This document shows, piece after piece, positions 11,646 through 24,700 of a stretch of DNA of 47,964 nt. A model generated the notes under the pieces. The model saw only the letters and a list, made by a program, of their open reading frames with translations, made no database searches and was not told the DNA's origin. This DNA is from Phoronis australis (Eukaryota > Animalia > Phoronida): the NCBI GenBank assembly GCA_002633005.1, contig NMRA01000019.1:1-47964 (forward strand). Direction: 5' to 3'. Position 1 is the first letter of the stretch, and each line of letters starts with the position of its first letter. The position numbers were made by a program, and so were the translations under genes.

Positions 11646-12039
11646 GCACCTTTGAATCCAATTTGCTGCTAAGCCGCGTCTTGTAAGCACCCGCCATTAC
11701 GTTTTGTCGAAAGTATGCGATGTCGCTGAGTTCCAAATTAAGAAGGTTCTTCAATAAAATGAGTCCTTCATCGAAATATTCTGCAATCATCACCAAGTCA
11801 AACCTGTCGATAATTTGTTTTATTTTAGAATTTATTTTTGCCGTGTCGTTCCTGTGTTTGTAGTCTAGGCCGAAGTCAAATAGCATGGGATTACGTAAAG
11901 GAATTAGCGAGGTGCAATTTTTGTTTTGAGTTGCCTCCTTGCTGGACATCAAAAATGCCTGAAACCATGTGGCGTTGCAAATTTGTCTAGCAGACGTCCC
12001 GTAGAAATCAAAAAATGACTTGGTTACCCTCACGGGATC
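11646..12039 (-). CDS. Galactose-3-O-sulfotransferase family protein, internal exon (5' part lost in gap)
   Basis: DPV....SFFDFY, RNPMLFDFGL and FDLVMIAEYFDEGLILLKNLL..L.DIAYF.QN are Gal3ST hallmarks; probable GTAAGA donor at 11645. Confidence 0.85.
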
Positions 12040-12719
12040 NNNNNNNNNNNNNNNNNNNNNNNNNNNNNNNNNNNNNNNNNNNNNNNNNNNNNNNNNNNNN
12101 NNNNNNNNNNNNNNNNNNNNNNNNNNNNNNNNNNNNNNNNNNNNNNNNNNNNNNNNNNNNNNNNNNNNNNNNNNNNNNNNNNNNNNNNNNNNNNNNNNNN
12201 NNNNNNNNNNNNNNNNNNNNNNNNNNNNNNNNNNNNNNNNNNNNNNNNNNNNNNNNNNNNNNNNNNNNNNNNNNNNNNNNNNNNNNNNNNNNNNNNNNNN
12301 NNNNNNNNNNNNNNNNNNNNNNNNNNNNNNNNNNNNNNNNNNNNNNNNNNNNNNNNNNNNNNNNNNNNNNNNNNNNNNNNNNNNNNNNNNNNNNNNNNNN
12401 NNNNNNNNNNNNNNNNNNNNNNNNNNNNNNNNNNNNNNNNNNNNNNNNNNNNNNNNNNNNNNNNNNNNNNNNNNNNNNNNNNNNNNNNNNNNNNNNNNNN
12501 NNNNNNNNNNNNNNNNNNNNNNNNNNNNNNNNNNNNNNNNNNNNNNNNNNNNNNNNNNNNNNNNNNNNNNNNNNNNNNNNNNNNNNNNNNNNNNNNNNNN
12601 NNNNNNNNNNNNNNNNNNNNNNNNNNNNNNNNNNNNNNNNNNNNNNNNNNNNNNNNNNNNNNNNNNNNNNNNNNNNNNNNNNNNNNNNNNNNNNNNNNNN
12701 NNNNNNNNNNNNNNNNNNN
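12040..12719. other. Assembly gap
   Basis: Run of N. Confidence 1.
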
Positions 12720-14323
12720 TTAGGTTATCAGTCATTGAACCTCATTTTTACAGGCAACAAAATGAAAAATGAGATGCCATAACCATGCAGGTGTTTACGA
12801 TTGAGAGAGCAGAGAACCATAAAAGCAATCAGTAAAAGTTTGTTTTCTATTATTATAATTGTACAAGTGAAATGTTTTGTGCTTAAATCGTATTTAGACA
12901 AAAGCATTGTGTTTTTCATTTTGAATTTTTCTCGACTAGCAATTACATTTTTTCAAATAATAATTTTGATCAATGAATATTCAAGTAAAAACCCAGCTTT
13001 AACTTAAGGTAATTAATACGTTAAACGACCTAGTAACTGAAGTCCACCAAGGCTTGCTCAAAACACCTTGTTGGTCATGGTAGCACTCATATGAAAATAT
13101 TGGCAGGTGCTTTAGGCGAGTCATTGATTTCCTACTCAGCGTTGTGTCGTCATCAGTTTTCAGAACAAACTGGGCTCATGTTGTCCTAATTTTTCAGTCA
13201 GCTGATAAGCTTGGTGAAAGTCAGAAAACATGCTGTAGATCAGTTGAATACAGGTCCATAAATGAATAAGCATCTTTACCAGGAAATAAAGTTAACATTG
13301 CTTGCTCCTCTGCATTTCTGTCTGTGAATAAAGCAAAACAAAACATTTAATCCTTCAATATTGCCCTCGCAACTTTCTGTATCATGGCAAGACTTTATTT
13401 CCTGCATAGGGCTCTCCTCAATAAAATACAGTAAACTGTGAACATAATTTTGAGCGGGCTCTTCTGTTTAGCCACAGGGTATTTCTCAATTACAACTGAA
13501 TGTTGAGACCAATGCTATCATGACATGTTTGAAAGGCTTCAGTATATTTTCACAATTGAGCACTAAGTTGAAAAATGATAAAACTTTGTCTTTTATAGTC
13601 TTGAAATTCTAGCTTTATGACGCTCTGACTCAACATTTTGGTTAAAAGGATACCAAGCTGGGTTTTGGCCTATCAACAGATTCTAAAACGACTTTCCCAT
13701 CCAGTTCTCTAAAACAAAATAATGTTCTGTAATCCTCCACAACACTCAAAAGTTTGGAAGAAAATTTAAAAACTCCTTTCAAAGTCTGCTAAACTGGCAA
13801 GCACGACCTACACTTTTAGCGAAAAGCACGGCAGTTGCGGGAAAAGACCATCAACCAAGGACCATAATATCCTATCTGGGAGATAGGGGGTATGAGTTTT
13901 TAGTTGATTCCTGCCTTTAAATTAACTTGGAAGATTGATGCCAATGATGCATTAGCACATGACAAAACTAGGATTGGTGGAAATCATCAAAATAGGGCTT
14001 AGTATCATTTTAAGTAAAATATGTTATGACAGAAGAAAGAAATGCAAATCAAATTGGTGTGTGTCTGATAATGGCAGTCCCTTGTGAGAGTCGATTCCAG
14101 GGTGACTCTTGCAGAATGAATCTCTGCTTGATTAGTGTGTGTGCTTTTGCACATTGAGTTCTGAAGTTACAAAATTAATAAAGTTAATCGCTAATGAACT
14201 ATACACATTTATTTAACTGTACTGCTTTCCATAATCCAGTGCTGCGGGTAATTTCTAGAAGTTACTGGCAAACTTATTTCTTGTGACACTGCCTCATTAG
14301 CAGGCATTCAGAGACCAGAGTTA

Positions 14324-14990
14324 GTGACTGTTCAGAGTATAGTGAACGTTCAGAGTACAGTGACCATTCAGAGTAGAGTGAACATTCAGAGTATAGTGAC
14401 CATTCAGGGTAAAGTGAACGTCCAGAGTATAGTGACAGGCCTTTATGCAGCGTACGTCCTGGGCGTCAATTTGGACGCCCTAGCACTAATATGGACGCCC
14501 TGGCAAGGACGCCCAATGTATCATTTGGACGCCCACTATCAATAGGAACCATTCAAGTTTGGTCACAGACATTGTAATGACCAATAGGAAGCCTATAAAG
14601 ACTCACAGTGATGGATCTTTTTTAAAAGCAGGAAGAAATATACAATGTATATACAAACTATATACAATGTTGCTATGCTCACACTTGGTTGATAGCATTG
14701 TAAGTCTTGGTCTGCACAGTTTTTTTTTGTAAAAATGCTCACTACAGAAAGCTGTTTTGTAAACTTAGATGTAAAAAGCTTGGTCTATGTTTCTTTTTGT
14801 AAAAAATAATCTGCATGTTTGGGGGGATTGCTGGTGGTGGGGGTTATGCGTCGGAATCATGGACGCCCTGGAATATTGGGAACCCCATTTTGGACAACCT
14901 ATTTTTGAAATCCTGGATAAAGGCCTGTATAGTGACCATTCAGAGTATAGTGAACGTTCAGAGTATAGTGAACGTTCGGAGAAGTGAACC
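14324..14990. repeat. 18-bp minisatellite (ttcagagtatagtgaacg/acca) split by a MITE
   Basis: Units at 14324-14435 and 14928-14990. Confidence 0.85.
14436..14927. mobile_element. hAT-type MITE (492 bp)
   Basis: TIR CAGGCCTTTAT(G/C)CAG, 14/15 match; 8-bp TSD TATAGTGA at 14428-14435 and 14928-14935; subterminal GGACGCCC repeats. Confidence 0.85.
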
Positions 14991-15146
14991 TTTGGAGTGC
15001 TCAGAAGAGTATGTAATTTTCAAAGAAACTAGTACTGAACCCTGACAGAGACATTGAACGCTGCAAGTTTGTGTGATGTGATGGAAAATTAAAATCATGC
15101 TTGTCACACATACACAAACCTAATTTTGACGTAAGTCTTCTGTCCA

Positions 15147-15247
15147 CCCATAGCCATGGCTTCCCATACCCCTGGCCTCCGCATACCCCTGCCCTCTCCA
15201 TACCCCTGGCCTCCCCATACCCCTGGCCTCCCCATAGCCCTAGGCTT
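15147..15247. repeat. ~18-bp C-rich tandem repeat
   Basis: ccatacccctggcctc(c) repeated about 5-6 times. Confidence 0.8.
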
Positions 15248-15605
15248 AAGCCTCGCCAGTCTTATGGTTAATTCACCACTGTTCTGATCTGTCTGCTGAT
15301 CAAACGTTCCATTTTATGGTCCACTTCTGAACAGGGTGTGAGTGTGGACTGTGGATGATGTCTCCAAAACCACAAGACACTGCTGTTAAACATTATTGAT
15401 TTCTAATTTTTGTTAAAAGCAGCTTATTCAGTGTTCATTAACTGTTGGAAAATTCAAAACCAATTTCAAGATGCAGGCAGTTCGTCAATAATTGTGTCTG
15501 GTTGTCGTCTGCCGGTACTAAGACATGCTTGTGTGCGTGTGTGTGCGTGCGTGCCTGCGTGACCTGTCTTGTTGTTGTTCACAGTGATCCAATGTTCATT
15601 TGCAG

Positions 15606-15717
15606 TACGGTGCTGGTAAACAGACTGGCCAGAGGTCAGTTGATGGAGAGTCAGAGGATGAAGCCGAGGAAGCCCCGCCTCAGGAGCCCAACATTTACCT
15701 GAAAAATGGGGAAAATG
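15606..15717 (+). CDS. GPAT4: GPAT3/4 exon (YGAGKQ...NGENG)
   Basis: tgcag acceptor, gtgagt donor, phase 0 to 1 fits the next exon. Confidence 0.7.
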
Positions 15718-18700
15718 GTGAGTGGTGTGCCATGTGTTTAAGACAGGAAGTAAAACCCTCTTGGATCTTGGAATTAACTACACCTAGTGTCCAGATGGGA
15801 ACCATACTGTTCTTAGCTGACAGAGTATATTAAGCTTATATGTAGAACCTTATCGACAAATTTGCTTATCTTGCCAAATATAAAACTTTGAATTTGATTT
15901 TTTTAACCAATCTTCTATTAACCGTGTCTCTTGTTATAAAAATAAAATCTAGAGCAAAAACGAAAGGTACATTGCAGTTTTCTGAAGTATTATTCTGTTT
16001 ACGCTTTATGCAAATTTTACATTTTTGCATTAAAATCATAAAACTCCTATTTTTGGTATCCCCTCAGGCAAGTGTGCAACATTTTAAAAAACGATTCGTA
16101 ACAATCTTTTGAAGAAATGTAGATAATAGTGTCTGAACAAATCTGATGATCCATTTCTGAGATATGATGTTCCGAAGTTATTCAAATTTGGTTTTGAACA
16201 TATTAGTCTTTAGCATTGCTTCGTTCAAATGTTCTCATGTGTACACAATGGTATGCCTAACAGACTTAACCTTTGTATGAGCAATTGCTGGTGTTTGTAT
16301 GTAAGTAAATATAAAACTTGGGTGGCAACTAAGAAGAATTATTTTGGTCTTGCATCCAAATTTGGTGACATTTTGGTCTTGTATCCAACGATTGCATGGG
16401 CCAGAAGTGGAGGCTTATTTGGAGAGAAATGACTTTTGGTGACCATTATGATATACATAAACAGGTGAACAGTATAATATACAGTAACAGGATGTGAACA
16501 TTATAATGTACAGTAACAGGTGAACATTATAATAGGCAGTAACAGGTGAACATTATAATATACAATAACAGGTGAACATTATAATATACAGTAACAGGTG
16601 AACATGATACCGTAATATACAGTAACAGGTGAACATTATAATAATTATACAGTGACAGGTGAACATTATAATATACAGTTATAGAATGTGAACATTATAA
16701 TATACAGCAACAAGTGAACATTATGATATACAGTAACAGGATATGAACAGTATAATATACAGTAAGAAGATGTAAACATTATAATATAGAATAACAGGTG
16801 AAAGATGAAAATGTCTTGTTATGTCCTGCAGGTGTTAAAGTGATAGAGCGAGAAGTGTCTTTAGGCAGCGATGGCATGAGGGTGAGGTTATATTCTCAGC
16901 GGTCCATGGAAGACATTGAAGAGTTCCAGCTGTCTGATTCAATGTATTTCGTCAAGAGTGGCATTGAGGTATAACCATTAGCAGAGGGTAACTTTGTTAA
17001 CGGCAGGCAAAGGTTAAAATTGAACTGTGTTGAGTAAATTATTGCACCTTTGCAGTATAAAACCTATTTTGAACGGTAACACCTGTAAATTTAGTTCCTG
17101 CAGGATGTTAAGAGCATTGCTCTGAGCCCACTTGTGCCATAAATTGTCAAATGTAATGAACTGTTAGGGGGTATTGGCTTGCTTTTGTCTACATTACTGA
17201 GAGAGTCCCCTTTTAATTCAAACATCTGCAAATAACAACCACAGGCGATGGTGTTCTATTCAGACCCCTATTCAATACAAATGTTATAGGCGCCAGTGTT
17301 CTCCAGGGCTTTTTTTAACTCCACGCTGTAACGAGTTTGGATTTTGGTGGAGTTTGGATTTTGCTGCGTCGAGTTTAGAAAGTGCTGCTGCGTCAGGTTT
17401 GAACTTTTGTCCTGGCTTGGTATTTCAGCCCTCAACCCTGAAGCAGTGCCTGATTAACCAACACCAAGCCCAATACAGAACTTTAGAGGCAGTCAACACT
17501 ATATGTATAACTTCGTAAGACACTACAAAAGTTTAAATTATAATTAACAAAATCTGCAAAAAACTTTAAATAACAAAAATTTCATGGAGTCACCTAGCTT
17601 GCTTAATTAAATGACTAATCTACTTTGTCTTTCTAACTTTAAAATTTTGCAAGTCAACCTATAAAAAAGCAATTTAATTTGCTTAATAAAGACAATTTTG
17701 ATTTTGACTGACATCTAGTGGCAAGTTAGAACTTTATGAGCTTATTAAACTTGACAACAGGTGTCACTAAAAACTAGGTCACATCAGAACTCATGTTAGT
17801 AGTACTTAATATGTCTAATTGATATTAAAATCGGCATTGGTATTATTAAAGGAACTTTTGATCTTTTGTTTGCTGCTNNNNNNNNNNNNNNNNNNNNNNN
17901 NNNNNNNNNNNNNNNNNNNNNNNNNNNNNNNNNNNNNNNNNNNNNNNNNNNNNNNNNNNNNNNNNNNNNNNNNNNNNNNNNNNNNNNNNNNNNNNNNNNN
18001 NNNNNNNNNNNNNNNNNNNNNNNNNNNNNNNNNNNNNNNNNNNNNNNNNNNNNNNNNNNNNNNNNNNNNNNNNNNNNNNNNNNNNNNNNNNNNNNNNNNN
18101 NNNNNNNNNNNNNNNNNNNNNNNNNNNNNNNNNNNNNNNNNNNNNNNNNNNNNNNNNNNNNNNNNNNNNNNNNNNNNNNNNNNNNNNNNNNNNNNNNNNN
18201 NNNNNNNNNNNNNNNNNNNNNNNNNNNNNNNNNNNNNNNNNNNNNNNNNNNNNNNNNNNNNNNNNNNNNNNNNNNNNNNNNNNNNNNNNNNNNNNNNNNN
18301 NNNNNNNNNNNNNNNNNNNNNNNNNNNNNNNNNNNNNNNNNNNNNNNNNNNNNNNNNNNNNNNNNNNNNNNNNNNNNNNNNNNNNNNNNNNNNNNNNNNN
18401 NNNNNNNNNNNNNNNNNNNNNNNNNNNNNNNNNNNNNNNNNNNNNNNNNNNNNNNNNNNNNNNNNNNNNNNNNNNNNNNNNNNNNNNNNNNNNNNNNNNN
18501 NNNNNNNNNNNNNNNNNNNNNNNNNNNNNNNNNNNNNNNNCCTTCTTCAGACGTTGTTTCGCAGGGACCTTCATCAGTTCAGCGTACAAATCCCTTTCGT
18601 AATCGGACGGCAGAAAGTGCTTGCCACACACACGGTAATTCTCCACTGCTTTGTACGTTGCGTGGACGGGTAACGCTGCGTTCTTCACACGAACGAGCCA

Positions 18701-21700
18701 AGTACGGCGAAGTGTGTCATCCATCGGAAAGCGATGCAAAGGTACTCCCAAAGCGCGCATGAGCCGATAATTAGTACATCCTGGTACGCAGCAACAGTGT
18801 GGCATGTTGACTGACTAGTAAATGAAAGCAAACGACGACGGAACTTAACACAACCGAGGTAGAACAATGACTGACTCGGCAGCTCTCACGTCAGACTATA
18901 TGAAAAGAAATTGGCGCGATATGCTTGCCTCCTAAAACATCACTTCCGGAGTAGCGGACGAGTAATTAATAAAATTACGAAAAGCTGTAATTAAGTGGAA
19001 AATATGTCTAGGATAACCAACCAACCTTATTTTAGCTCAAAATGACATGGAAAAAGGTTACCTTCGTCTTTAAGGCGACATTGTTGTGTTACCTTTCATT
19101 GTCTCACTGTGTAAGTTTGAATGTGTCTATAATGGCATAATGAAATCCTGGTGGGCAACTTTCATGATACATGTTCTGCAGTTTTTAAAAGTTGTGCTGT
19201 AGTCACTATATTAGTGGCCACAGAAAATATGCTTGTTCCTGTATACATACAAGACATTCTTTGCATCTGGAGAGACAAATCCTGGTTGTTTGGAGTAGTT
19301 TTGACATTCAACAGCATACCATGCCTGCCCCAATGGCATGCACTATGGCATACACTTTGTTGTCATAAATGTCCTGGCAGTCATTTTCAGTGCAATTTTT
19401 TAGTTCAAATGGTATAAACCTTCAGTCTCATTTATTGAAGCTTAAAAACCATTAAAGCATAGCATTTCAAGTGTTCTATACTTTGACTTTGCAATAGTTA
19501 TTGGTTAAATGAAGAACAGCTGACTGTCAGTGATGACAAAGGACATCATTGTCGAGTTAGAAATAATCAATACCGAGTTTTATTAACAATGAAAGTGATA
19601 GACCTTCAGATGGGTAATGCAGACTTTCAGGTGAAAGTTTTGACCTTCGTTTGGGAAGGACGGACCCAAAAATGTGAAGCATGGACGAGAGATGAGAAGG
19701 ATTGAATTGCGATAGAAAGGATGGACCATTTTTTCATTTTTGTGTTATCAGATCACGTTTACTAAATGTCGCTGTTGTGACATGTCAGTCACTAAACATT
19801 TTATCTACTTTGTTTCTACTGTACTAATTGATGTAAGCCTGCTTAAAAACTAGAAAAGTAACTTTCATATAAAAATAAATTCAGCTCCTGAAGATGTGTG
19901 GTTCGCCGATTTTCACTGCAAATTTTAATGGCAAACTACTAAATTGAGCAGTGGGACTATTTTCTAAGCCCTGTCTACCTGAGTTCTCATAGTTTTGTCC
20001 TCTGCATTTGTGCCAGTGCCCTTCCCTTTTGCAGTCTGAGTTTCATATCTTAATGTCAAGCAGGGGAAATTTAAATTTTGATATGAATTCACAAGCTTAT
20101 GGTTTCAGTTCATTTTCCTGGGATGTGTTTGTTAGTTTATTTATGGTGTTCCATTTTGTTTCAGTTCTTAAATGTTTCTATTCCAGGCCATCATTGATGA
20201 TGATGTCACTAAGTGTTTTGCGGCTGAGGAGCTCTCATCGTGGAACCTACTCACTCGCACCAATGCACGCTACCCGGAGCTGAACAAGTATTGCTTAATT
20301 TATGATATTGCTTATTAATATCTTCTCAGTCTAAACTTGTGTAAACTTGGGATTATGTTTACAATTACTTTGATAAGTTTCTGCAGTTCTTCGTTTGAGT
20401 TTTTGTCTTTTAATGTGCATTTTTTTCTTTCTAATGCTCTTACTCACATCTTTTGCCCTTTATGATTTCGATATGCTAAGACTTTTTAGTTATCAAATTG
20501 AATAAATAAATGTGTTAGAAGTAGTGCAGGTGGCATAATACTTGTTGCATCAGATGTGAGTAGGCCACTCGGTCAGGCCCACTTCATGTAACACCTGAAT
20601 GTACTATACACACTACACATTATATGCAAATTAAGACCGAACTGAGGAGTTGGAGACCTGACTCGAGGGTCTTGCAGTGGCGTTCTTGGGATTTTAATCC
20701 ACAACCTTGAGGACATAAGACGGACACTTAACTCATTAGGTCACTCTGCCTCCTCCCATTATGTCTTACTGTCCATCTTGTTTTCAGTGCTCTTTATCAC
20801 AACTGCTGACTGAGTATCCTAGTCTGTTATTTTGTGACCCGCCAGTTCTGTACTATTAAAAAATTCAGACAAAAGCCGCATGTGATTTCTTCGGGCGCTC
20901 ATTTCATTGGTAGTTATTTTAGTGCTTGCAGTGGGTATTCTTCATTGGACTTTGCCAATCAAGTCACTTTGGACTTCTAAACTGGACTTTCCGTTAAAAC
21001 AATGATGGCATCTATCTGTGGGGGCAACAGGACAAGTTATTTCTTGCTGGGACAGTTCAAGGCCTCCCTTCACATTTTGAGTTTAGTCTTAAGTGACTTT
21101 GTTGCATTTGGTGTCCTGAAACGTATGTTACGGAAAAGAATCTTTAGGTGGGGACAGTCCCTAAAATTGAATTTTCTTGGTTCTGAAGATTGAGACATGG
21201 GCAGTTTTGGCATTCGCCTTATTTCTCAGATATCGGGCACTGTATTTTGTATCAATAGAGTTTGAAAGTAATTTGCTTGTCCACAAAATTATCGAAAATA
21301 GCCGCCAACACAATGTTTTCATGCGTCCCCGCATTATGTAGTGTCGAGGTCAATGATCCTTTGTTGTTGATCGAAAGTCTTGAATTTTGGTTGGGATGAC
21401 CAATAGTGCCTTTTTTGTGAAATTTTGTACAAGATGTGACCTTCAGCAAACTAATTTATTTTTCACTGAAAGTGGAAAATGTGACTGTGGTGTGACAGAA
21501 TAAAGTGAGCATGAACTTTGCTTTCCAAATTACCATAAAGACTAACTTGGTTGCCATTTTGCTGTTTGGAAAGTGAGAGTATTGTTCATTTGTTGTTTGC
21601 ATGCCATTGGTTGTAACTTGGTATTTAGCACACTTGCTGTACACACATCAGTCACATTTGAAATTGAAAATGAACGAAGTTCAAATCATGAGCTGCCAAC

Positions 21701-24700
21701 CGAATACCAGCTTGAATGAGATTTTGTGAGACTTTGAGTACCTGTTGCAGTTTCATACTATCTCGTCTACTTAATACTAACCTGCATGTGATTATCATTT
21801 GTAGTATTGGGAGCTCTGTCGCCCGAAGGTTTGTCCCAATGCGCTGGTGTCCAACTCCTGCCAGGCTCACCTCATTACAATTTAGACTTGTCACCAGGGT
21901 TTCACATGACAGTCTGTGACAATTAGTTTTATGTTTCCAAATTCTTCAATGGTTGGTTGACAAAGGGCTATGTTCTTGTTGAAAGAATTGAATTAAAGTA
22001 ATGACGTTTCGTGTATTTTTGCTTAAAATATTTTGATCTCGGTCATGTTGACTCAAACATAAGATTTTATGATTTTTATACAATATACTTGTAAAGCTGT
22101 CGTTAGAATTTAAAACAAAGAGACCATTTAGCCATGACTATATTCATTCACATTTGGTGCAGCATAAACAGTAACCTTACCTGACGTCAGTGTGTCATTT
22201 CAGTTGCCAACAACCAGACTTCGAACCTTTAAACTAAAACCCATTTTGTGAAATGCACTCCAGTTATCTTTGTGAGTGTCGATGTGAAGCCTTCAGTGAG
22301 ACCGTGGTGATGATCTGCTTACACCCCTCCACTGCCAAACTACCTGTCCCTCCACCCCTGTGTGTGTCATGATGCTTCAGTGTAGCAGTGCAGTGCCTGC
22401 TTCATTTTCTTTGATGTGTTTGTTTTTCTCCCTGTATACATGTCTAATTTACTGGTCTGGGTTCAGGGTCTAATCTTTGTAGTCAAAATCGAACTTGAAG
22501 TTATTTTGGACATTTTCTGTTCTATTTTTGTGCAAACTCAAGAGAAGTTTTGCTTTTCTCTGCTTGAGTACGCTATGGTTTATGCAGTCTAGTTTCTAGT
22601 TCAAGTTAGTGCTTGATGATCCCTAGATTTGAGCTACGAACTCTCGTAAAAACTTGAGATTTTGAGTAAAAACGTAATGATATAAATGGCACCTAATAGC
22701 CTAATAGAATTGAGGAAACGCTCAAACTAAATTACAATAAAAGTAATAAATTAGACACCTAATGAAAGCTCTGGACGAACTCTATATCGTATCAAAAGTC
22801 TCAGAAAATCTTTTCAGTGGAACCCCATATTTGAGAGGGGCCTCAATTTGGCTTTGGGCAGACCTAGGTGCCGGAAGTTATCTGTGGTATTGCCTCTCAA
22901 CAGCATAATGTACATACGCTGAGACAACTACATTAGACGAGATGGGATGTACATTCTTATGTAGACCACTTACCAATGACCATAAAATTGTTGGGTGTCA
23001 ATTTGTTCCTTATAAGAAATGATTTGATCTGGCGAGGAAGTGACAATTTGTTATTTCTGCAAGTTGACAGCTCAAAGTATGTCCTTATTTTCCTAGCCCA
23101 GACATCACTCCTGAGACCAATTTCATAATCATGGTTTTTGGCCGTATGTTGGTTAATAGTTACTTTAGTAAAAAGCTTGTCAACACTAGTCATGAAACTC
23201 TTAGAAATTCGCTACTGGGGTTTCTTGCAGACCAGCCTGGAGTGTATATTAGGAACATATCAGTTTAGGACCAAAAGTCATTTCTAATATCTATTAAGAT
23301 GAACCATGTACATCCTGCAACACGTAGCTCAATCATTGTTTCCAACAACAAATTTATGTATCATGTACTGGAAATCAATAAGAATTCTTATCATATATCT
23401 TCTCAATGTATTCAATTTTATATTCCATCTCATCTAATTACCTATATTATTTATTTTGTAGTTTGTGAATGTCTAGAAACTGACTAGTAGGTAGTTTCAC
23501 AGATAATATCTGGGTATCTGTAAGACCAAACTGTTTCCCCTTTAGAAAAGGGGGTTCCACTTAATTAGATTTTCTTAGGCTTTTGATTATAGAGTAACTC
23601 ATGAGCTTTCATTTACATGTGTGATTCATTACAGTTACTATAGTTTGCAATTTGTTTTGATTACGCTCCATTTAATCAGAAATCACCTGTACTATAAGGG
23701 TCCCACAGGGACTTCAGGGGTCCCTTATACAGTCTACAGTGAAAGGAGCCCCTGAATTGAATCTAGCTGAGGGCTTTTAAAGGTTTTGACCGGCTCTGTG
23801 TTAATGGAATTGAAACTTGAAATAAATAAGTTTGGTTGCTGTCTGCCCATGCCCACCTGAAAAAACATTGACTTTAATGAGTTTAATTTATTGGACATTT
23901 TAAGCTTGGTATTAGTCTTAAGCAGACTAACAAAATATGTACACTTGGATGCACTTTTGGAATTTCGTTAACACCGTATTACATGTACTTGGGTGTCATT
24001 AAATCTGCTGCAGTTTTTTTAGTACTTTTTGATGTTCTTTTAACTCATTTCTCTTTGGGATACACGTTCACTACCATTTCAACAGAACTTTGTTGATTTA
24101 GGACATTATATTAAATGTTAAAACTAAGTTATAATTTTTAACTTTTTCAGTTTCCGTCTCACACTTCTTTGGGGTACTGGATTCGTTTTGCGATACTTCT
24201 TTCTTTTACCCTTTCGGTAAGTTCAAGTTTTGGCTGCTGGTGGTGAAGCCTTAACTGTTAACCCCTAAGGAGGTGCACAAGTGTTCGTCTCATCAGTAAT
24301 GATTAGATAGAGTTAGCCCTGTTGAAAGTCTGTCAGCTGATCAATAATTAATTGATAGAGATCGATCAGTCATACGTCAGACTCCTGGTCACAGGTTCCT
24401 TGTGTTGAAGTCAGGAATATTGTTTAAGGGTGATAGTGGACTTAGTCTGTTTACCGTATAGCCAAATATCTCCAAAACTATGGATTTTAACTGAAACTAG
24501 AAGGCCCGAAGAATTAGATTTTTTTAAACTTTTTTCAATGGGCCGTTGATTGGTTCATGTTATCATGTCTTTTTGTAACATTTAGCAATAGGTACATTTT
24601 TAGAAAAGAATGGTATCGATGATGTGACCAAATTTTATTTGATATTAAATAATAAATGTATAACTTGAAATCTGAAAAAAGGCTGTACAGTTTTCATAAT

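Noticed and set aside
12015-12782. Long ORFs of 250-366 aa in the ORF track
   Set aside because: Mostly X from the N gap; only the minus-strand part at 11646-12039 is real coding sequence
16455-16800. 26-bp repeats as a CRISPR or coding repeat
   Set aside because: Ordinary degenerate minisatellite without spacers or a sustained ORF
17819-18762. Plus-strand ORFs of 284 and 298 aa
   Set aside because: Artefacts of the N gap, antisense to the THAP ORF
20690-20753. Functional tRNA gene
   Set aside because: A and B boxes are degenerate, and I cannot build a convincing cloverleaf; better explained as a SINE head
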